DNA of 62,745 nt, the filler included. It is 4 parts of 4 records of this genome, joined end to end, with 100 filler letters (N's around TTAATTAATTAA, not from the genome) between each part and the next. Parts side by side here need not be neighbours in the genome. Positions count along the whole stretch, not along the records: positions 52,695 to 62,745 come from SRR20825019_2779; 3 more parts are not named here. One strand, written 5' to 3'. Shown piece after piece: positions 58,054 to 62,745 of the stretch. Both the position numbers and the translations under genes were made by a program. Position 1 is the stretch's first letter. Each line of letters begins with the position of its first letter. The notes under the pieces are model-generated. The model did no database searches and was not told the origin of the DNA. It saw only the letters and a list, made by a program, of their open reading frames with translations.

Positions 58054-61000
58054 TTAGTGATGACCCAGCAATGTCGCGTCGTGCATTTCGGCATTCAGGC
58101 GACGTTCCTCGTCGACTTTCGGCTTGGAGAGACGGGCGAGGATCAGATAGGCGACCGGCGTGACGTAGAGCGTCACGATGGTGGCGAAACCGAGGCCACC
58201 GACGATCACCCAGCCGAGCGCGATACGCGCCTCCGCCCCGGCGCCCGACGCCAGCACCAGCGGAATGCCGCCGAGCACGGTCGAGATCATCGTCATCATC
58301 ACCGGCCTGAGGCGCAGAAGGGTCGCATGCTCGATCGCGTCGCGCACCCCCTCGCCCCGGTCGCGAAGCTGATTGGCGAACTCGACGATCAGAATGCCGT
58401 TCTTGGCCATCACCCCGATCAGAAGCACAAGGCCGATCTGGGAATAGATGTTGAGGCTGGTGCCGGTCAGCAGCATCGCGATCACCGCGCAGCCGATGCC
58501 GAACGGCACGGTCGCCAGTATGATCAACGCGCTCCACATGCTTTCGAACTGGGCGGCAAGCACCAGAAACACGATGATGATCGCAAAGCCGAACACCATG
58601 GTCATGCCGGACGCGTTCTCGTCGAGCGCGGCGGCTTCCGCCTGCGCCTCGACATGCGCGCCGGCGGGCAGAAGCGGCTCCGCGATCTCGACGAGCCGCT
58701 GATAGGCATCGCCCAACGCCACGCCCTCGCCGAGGCTGGATGACAGCGAGACCGAGGGCTGCTGGTTTTCGCGCTCAAGCGTCGGCGCGATCGATTTCTC
58801 CTCCAGCGAGGCGATGGTGGAGAGCGGCACGATACGGCCATCCCCGGTCTTCAGGAATATATTCCTGAGGTCGGACGGATCATCGACCTTGCGGGTATCG
58901 GAGCGGAGCTGCACGTCATAAGCCTCACCGTCGATGAACACCTCGCCGACCGAGTTGCCGTCGAGCAGCGCCCTCAGCGCCTGCGAGAGCCCGGAGATAT
59001 CGATGCCGAGATCATCGGCCCTGCGGCGGTCGAGCGTCAAAGCGAGCTGCGCCTGAGAGGCATCATTGCTCAGACGCGGGGCATCGAACATAGGGTCCGC
59101 CTCCATCGCGGCCACGATCTGTGACGCCGCGAGCGAGAGTTTTTCATGGGTCGAGCCGACCAGCGCGACGCTGAGCCCGTTGCCGCCGCCCCTGATATTC
59201 AAAGAGTTGGGCTGAAAGGCGAAGGCGCGCACCGCCGGGATCTGGCCAGCGGCCATGTTGACATCGCCGGCAATCGCATTCTGAACCCGTTCGCGCTCGC
59301 CCCACGGGGCAAGCGTCATCACCATGAAGCCGCTATTGGTATTGCTGCCGAAGCCCGAAATCGAGAACACGCTTTCGATCTCGCCGCTGTCGATCAGCGG
59401 CTGCAGGCGTTCCTCGACCTGCTGGATGCGGTCGCGGGTATAGTCGAGGCTGACGCCTTCGGGCGCGGAAACACGCATCATCAGCATCGAGCGATCCTCG
59501 CTCGGCAGAAGCTCGCTGGTGATGTTGGAATAGGCAAGATAGGCGCCGAACATCAAGAGCGCGCCGAACGAGAGCACCACCAGCGGCGCGGAAAGCGCCC
59601 AACCCAGCGAACGTGCGTAAAAGCGGTTGAAGCCGTTGCCGAGACGGGTCGCAAGACCCGGCCGGGTTTCTTTGTGCTGGACCAGAATACGGGACGCCAG
59701 CATCGGGCACAGCGTCAGCGCCACGAACGAGGACAGCATCACCGCAAAGGCGAGCACGAAACCGAATTCGCGAAACAGCCCGCCCGCCTGTCCGGGCAGG
59801 AAGGACAGCGGCACGAACACGGCGGCAAGGGTCGCCGTGGTGGTGATGACGGCGAAGAACACCTGGCGCGTGCCGAGCACGGCAGCCGCGCGCGGCCCCA
59901 TGCCGAGCGCGCGCAGGCGCACGATGTTTTCGAGCACCACGATCGCGTCATCGACCACCATGCCGGTGGCGAGCACGATCGCGAGCAGGGTCAGGATATT
60001 GATCGAAAAGCCGGCGAGATAGATCGCGGCCAGCGTGCCGATCAAGGCAACGGGCAGCGTGATCGCCGGGATGATGGTCGCCCGCCAGTCGCGCAGGAAC
60101 AGGAAGATGATCGCCACCACGATCAGCGCCGCAAGCGTGAGCGAGCGGATCACTTCCTCGATCGAGCCGGAGATAAACACCGCATCGTCGCTCGAAATCC
60201 GGATCGTGGTGCCTTCCGGCAGGTTCGGCTCGATATCGGCGATGACCTTGTGCACGCCCTCGGATATTTCGAGCGTATTGGATTTGGCCTGGCGCACGAT
60301 GCCGAGACCGATGCCCGGTTGGCCGTTGTAACGCAGCGCGGTCGCCGCCGTATCGGGTCCGAAGACGACGGTTGCCACATCCCCGAGGCGGACATTGTCG
60401 GCGACCTGCAGATCGGCGAATTGCTCCGGCGTGGTGAGGTCGGCCGTCGCGCGCACCCCGAGCGCCTGGGTGGTGCTGGTGAGCGACCCCGCCGGCACAT
60501 CCCACGACATGTCGGAAAGCGCGTTGGCAAGATCGGCAACGGTCAGGCCCCGGCTGGCAAGGGCGGCCTGATTGATATCGATGCGGAAGATTTTCTCCCG
60601 GTCGCCATAGACCGCGATATCGGCCACGCCCGATACGGCGGCAAGCCTGTCCTCGATATTGTCTTCCACATATTTGGTCAGATCGTCGATATCGAGCGTG
60701 GTCGAGGTAATCGCCAGCCTCAATATCGGCTGCGCGTCCGAATCGGCCTTGACGATACGCGGTTCGTCGGCGTCATCGGGAAGTTGCCCCTCGACCCGGC
60801 CCACGGCATCGCGGACATCCATCGAGGCGACATTGATATCGGTATCCTTGCTGAATTCCAGCGTCACCCGGCTGGAACCCGTCTGCGAGCTGGAGGACAT
60901 CGACTGAAGTCCGGAAACCCGCGCCACGGCCCCTTCGATCACGTCGGTGACCTCGCGATCGACGGTTTCGGGGGAAGCGCCGGAAAACGTGGTGCGCACC

Positions 61001-61197
61001 GTGATCACCGGCTGGTCGACATCCGGCAGTTCACGCACCTCGACGCCGAAATAGGCGGCAAGGCCTGCAACCACGATCAGGGCATTGAACACCAGCGCCA
61101 TGATCGGTCGGCGCACGAAGATCGCGGTGAAGCCGTGCTCGGTCGCATGCTCGACAGCAGTTTTGTCCATCTCTTCGGGCGGGGTATCCTCGCTCAT
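58054..61197 (-). CDS. RND efflux permease (AcrB/AcrD/AcrF family)
   Basis: 1047 aa; proton-relay motifs VVDDAIVVLEN, AKNGILIVEFA and RLRPVMMT. Confidence 0.95.
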   Translation of the reverse strand: MSEDTPPEEMDKTAVEHATEHGFTAIFVRRPIMALVFNALIVVAGLAAYFGVEVRELPDVDQPVITVRTTFSGASPETVDREVTDVIEGAVARVSGLQSMSSSSQTGSSRVTLEFSKDTDINVASMDVRDAVGRVEGQLPDDADEPRIVKADSDAQPILRLAITSTTLDIDDLTKYVEDNIEDRLAAVSGVADIAVYGDREKIFRIDINQAALASRGLTVADLANALSDMSWDVPAGSLTSTTQALGVRATADLTTPEQFADLQVADNVRLGDVATVVFGPDTAATALRYNGQPGIGLGIVRQAKSNTLEISEGVHKVIADIEPNLPEGTTIRISSDDAVFISGSIEEVIRSLTLAALIVVAIIFLFLRDWRATIIPAITLPVALIGTLAAIYLAGFSINILTLLAIVLATGMVVDDAIVVLENIVRLRALGMGPRAAAVLGTRQVFFAVITTTATLAAVFVPLSFLPGQAGGLFREFGFVLAFAVMLSSFVALTLCPMLASRILVQHKETRPGLATRLGNGFNRFYARSLGWALSAPLVVLSFGALLMFGAYLAYSNITSELLPSEDRSMLMMRVSAPEGVSLDYTRDRIQQVEERLQPLIDSGEIESVFSISGFGSNTNSGFMVMTLAPWGERERVQNAIAGDVNMAAGQIPAVRAFAFQPNSLNIRGGGNGLSVALVGSTHEKLSLAASQIVAAMEADPMFDAPRLSNDASQAQLALTLDRRRADDLGIDISGLSQALRALLDGNSVGEVFIDGEAYDVQLRSDTRKVDDPSDLRNIFLKTGDGRIVPLSTIASLEEKSIAPTLERENQQPSVSLSSSLGEGVALGDAYQRLVEIAEPLLPAGAHVEAQAEAAALDENASGMTMVFGFAIIIVFLVLAAQFESMWSALIILATVPFGIGCAVIAMLLTGTSLNIYSQIGLVLLIGVMAKNGILIVEFANQLRDRGEGVRDAIEHATLLRLRPVMMTMISTVLGGIPLVLASGAGAEARIALGWVIVGGLGFATIVTLYVTPVAYLILARLSKPKVDEERRLNAEMHDATLLGHH

Positions 61198-62312
61198 GAC
61201 GATGCCTCCGTGGCTGTCGATGCCTCACGCACCGGGCCGCCCTCGCGCAGGCGCTGGATGCCCTCGATGATGACGGGATCGCCCGCCTCGAGCGCGGCAT
61301 CCACAAGCACCATATCGGGATCGCGCTGGATCACGCGGACCCGAACCTTCTGCGACGCGCCGTCGACGATCCGCCAGACATAGGAGCCTTCCGAATCCCA
61401 CTGGATCGCAAGCGGATCGACGGCGGGATATTGATCGCCGGGAAACCGCATGGTCACGTCGAAGGACATGCCCGCTCTCAGCGCATCATTGTCGTTGTCG
61501 ATGCGCGCGCGCACCGTGAAGGTCCGGCTTGCGGCGTCGATCCGGTTGTCGACCGCCTCGACCACGCCCTCGAACCGTTTCTGGGGTGCAGCGACCAGGC
61601 TCGCCTCCACCGGCATACCCGGGGTCACGGCGGTGGCGAAGCGTTCCGGCACGGAGAAATCGACCAGGATCGCCGAACGATCGTCAACGGTGACGATTTC
61701 CGAGGCGGTGGTGACATAGTCTCCGACATTGACGCCGACAATGCCGGCAACGCCGGAGATCGGCGCGACGATCTGGCGGCGGGCAAGATCGAGCTTGGCG
61801 GACTCGAGATCGAGTTCGGCGGATTTTTCGGCAATTTCGGCGTTGTAGACCTCAAGATTTGAGATCGAGGAACTGATCTTGCGATTGATATCGGCCTGCC
61901 TTGTGGCGCTTTCGAGAGCGACCTCTGCCAGATTGCGGGCCAGAACCTGTTCACGGTCATCGAGTTGGATGATGATCTCGCCCTTCTCCACGGTGTCGCC
62001 GGACGATATGCTGATTTCCGTGATCGTGCCGGCCTGCTCCGGCAGAAGCGTCACAGACTGGATTGCCGCCCCGCTGCCGATCGCCGTCAGCTGATCGTTG
62101 ACCGTGCCGACCTTCACCGGCGCGGTGACGACCTGAACGGCGCCGCCGAAGCCGCCGCCTCGCCCGCCGGCCGCGGGTTTTGCCGCGCTGTTATTCTCCA
62201 CAACGCCCATCGAGGCCATTAGCTCGCGCCCGCCCGGAGCGAACCAGAGCCAGGCCGCGGCACCGAGTGCCAGAACACCGAGACTGACGGCAAGCTGTTG
62301 ATAAAGACGCAT
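61194..62312 (-). CDS. RND periplasmic adaptor (MFP)
   Basis: N-terminal anchor, lipoyl-like G.I..I....GD.V.KG, IVAPISG and LRAGM; overlaps the RND start (ATGA). Confidence 0.92.
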   Translation of the reverse strand: MRLYQQLAVSLGVLALGAAAWLWFAPGGRELMASMGVVENNSAAKPAAGGRGGGFGGAVQVVTAPVKVGTVNDQLTAIGSGAAIQSVTLLPEQAGTITEISISSGDTVEKGEIIIQLDDREQVLARNLAEVALESATRQADINRKISSSISNLEVYNAEIAEKSAELDLESAKLDLARRQIVAPISGVAGIVGVNVGDYVTTASEIVTVDDRSAILVDFSVPERFATAVTPGMPVEASLVAAPQKRFEGVVEAVDNRIDAASRTFTVRARIDNDNDALRAGMSFDVTMRFPGDQYPAVDPLAIQWDSEGSYVWRIVDGASQKVRVRVIQRDPDMVLVDAALEAGDPVIIEGIQRLREGGPVREASTATEASS

Positions 62313-62465
62313 TCATGACCTCGGACTGGAAGCTGGGGGCGGGATACCTGTCAGCGAAGTATCGTTATCGTTCCCGCCTCTGCAAGCCGCTAGATTAAAC
62401 CTCACCAAATTGTAATGTTTCTCGCGCCAAGAGGCAGATAGCCGGCGATCGGCGCAGCTTCCCAT

Positions 62466-62480
62466 GTGCTTTTTTTGTTC
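62466..62480 (+). promoter_or_regulatory. Candidate alphaproteobacterial LexA (SOS) box
   Basis: GTGC-TTTTTTT-GTTC, one mismatch from GTTC-N7-GTTC, about 50 nt upstream of uvrD. Confidence 0.5.
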
Positions 62481-62532
62481 TCATTGACCGCGCCGCCTTC
62501 ACCTTTGGCACGCGAGCCACTAGATTGGCCCC

Positions 62533-62745
62533 ATGAATCAAGGTGACGACAATATTCCGTTTTTCGATGAAGACGATGCTGTACCTGCTGCGCCTGCGCG
62601 CGCCGGACTTGCCGCCCGTGCCATGGCCGCGCGCCGTGCGCCGGATACGCCCGACTATCTGACCGGCCTCAACCCCGAGCAGCGCGACGCCGTGGAAACC
62701 ACGGAAGGGCCGCTTCTGGTGCTCGCCGGCGCCGGCACCGGCAAG
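62533..62745 (+). CDS. uvrD: UvrD/PcrA ATP-dependent DNA helicase, N-terminal fragment
   Basis: [12 protein letters not shown]...[30 protein letters not shown] (Q motif + Walker A); runs off the window. Confidence 0.92.
   Translation, partial: MNQGDDNIPFFDEDDAVPAAPARAGLAARAMAARRAPDTPDYLTGLNPEQRDAVETTEGPLLVLAGAGTGK

Noticed and set aside
59146-61383. 745-aa plus-strand ORF
   Set aside because: Antisense shadow of the RND permease.

Overview
The window is not one genomic locus. It is four unrelated contigs joined by three 100-nt N/TTAATTAATTAA linkers (23427-23526, 43623-43722, 52595-52694). Contig 1 (1-23426) is a Marinobacter-like gammaproteobacterial housekeeping region: prfB (+1 frameshift), lysS, ung, an HDOD protein, ygfZ-ygfX-sdhE, nadB, rpoE-rseABC-mucD, a CHASE-PAS-GGDEF-EAL gene, lepA-lepB-rnc-era-recO-pdxJ and a partial gacS/barA. 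Contig 2 (23527-43622) is alphaproteobacterial, Devosia-like by inference: yejF/yejA, a methyltransferase, tamAB, macAB, an SDR, an Ldh_2-family oxidoreductase, a complete ndmC-ndmD-ndmE-like methylxanthine N7-demethylase cluster with no ndmA/B, and fabV. Contig 3 (43723-52594) is alphaproteobacterial. It starts in a tRNA-Phe followed by the most unusual locus in the window: a passenger-less autotransporter-like beta-barrel co-transcribed with two small secreted proteins. Those two proteins share an ungapped 32-aa C-terminal module ending in PSGTGT that is encoded by different codons, and an AraC regulator follows. The contig continues with MarR plus a PQQ dehydrogenase, a LuxR-type regulator and a partial GAF-GGDEF-EAL gene. 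Contig 4 (52695-62745) is Rhizobiales-like: the end of hisI, a CBS protein, a rhomboid, a CtrA-box-preceded DD-carboxypeptidase/SPOR gene, tandem OmpA lipoproteins, an RND pump and the start of uvrD with a LexA-like box. All calls come from motif recognition by eye; no searches were run.
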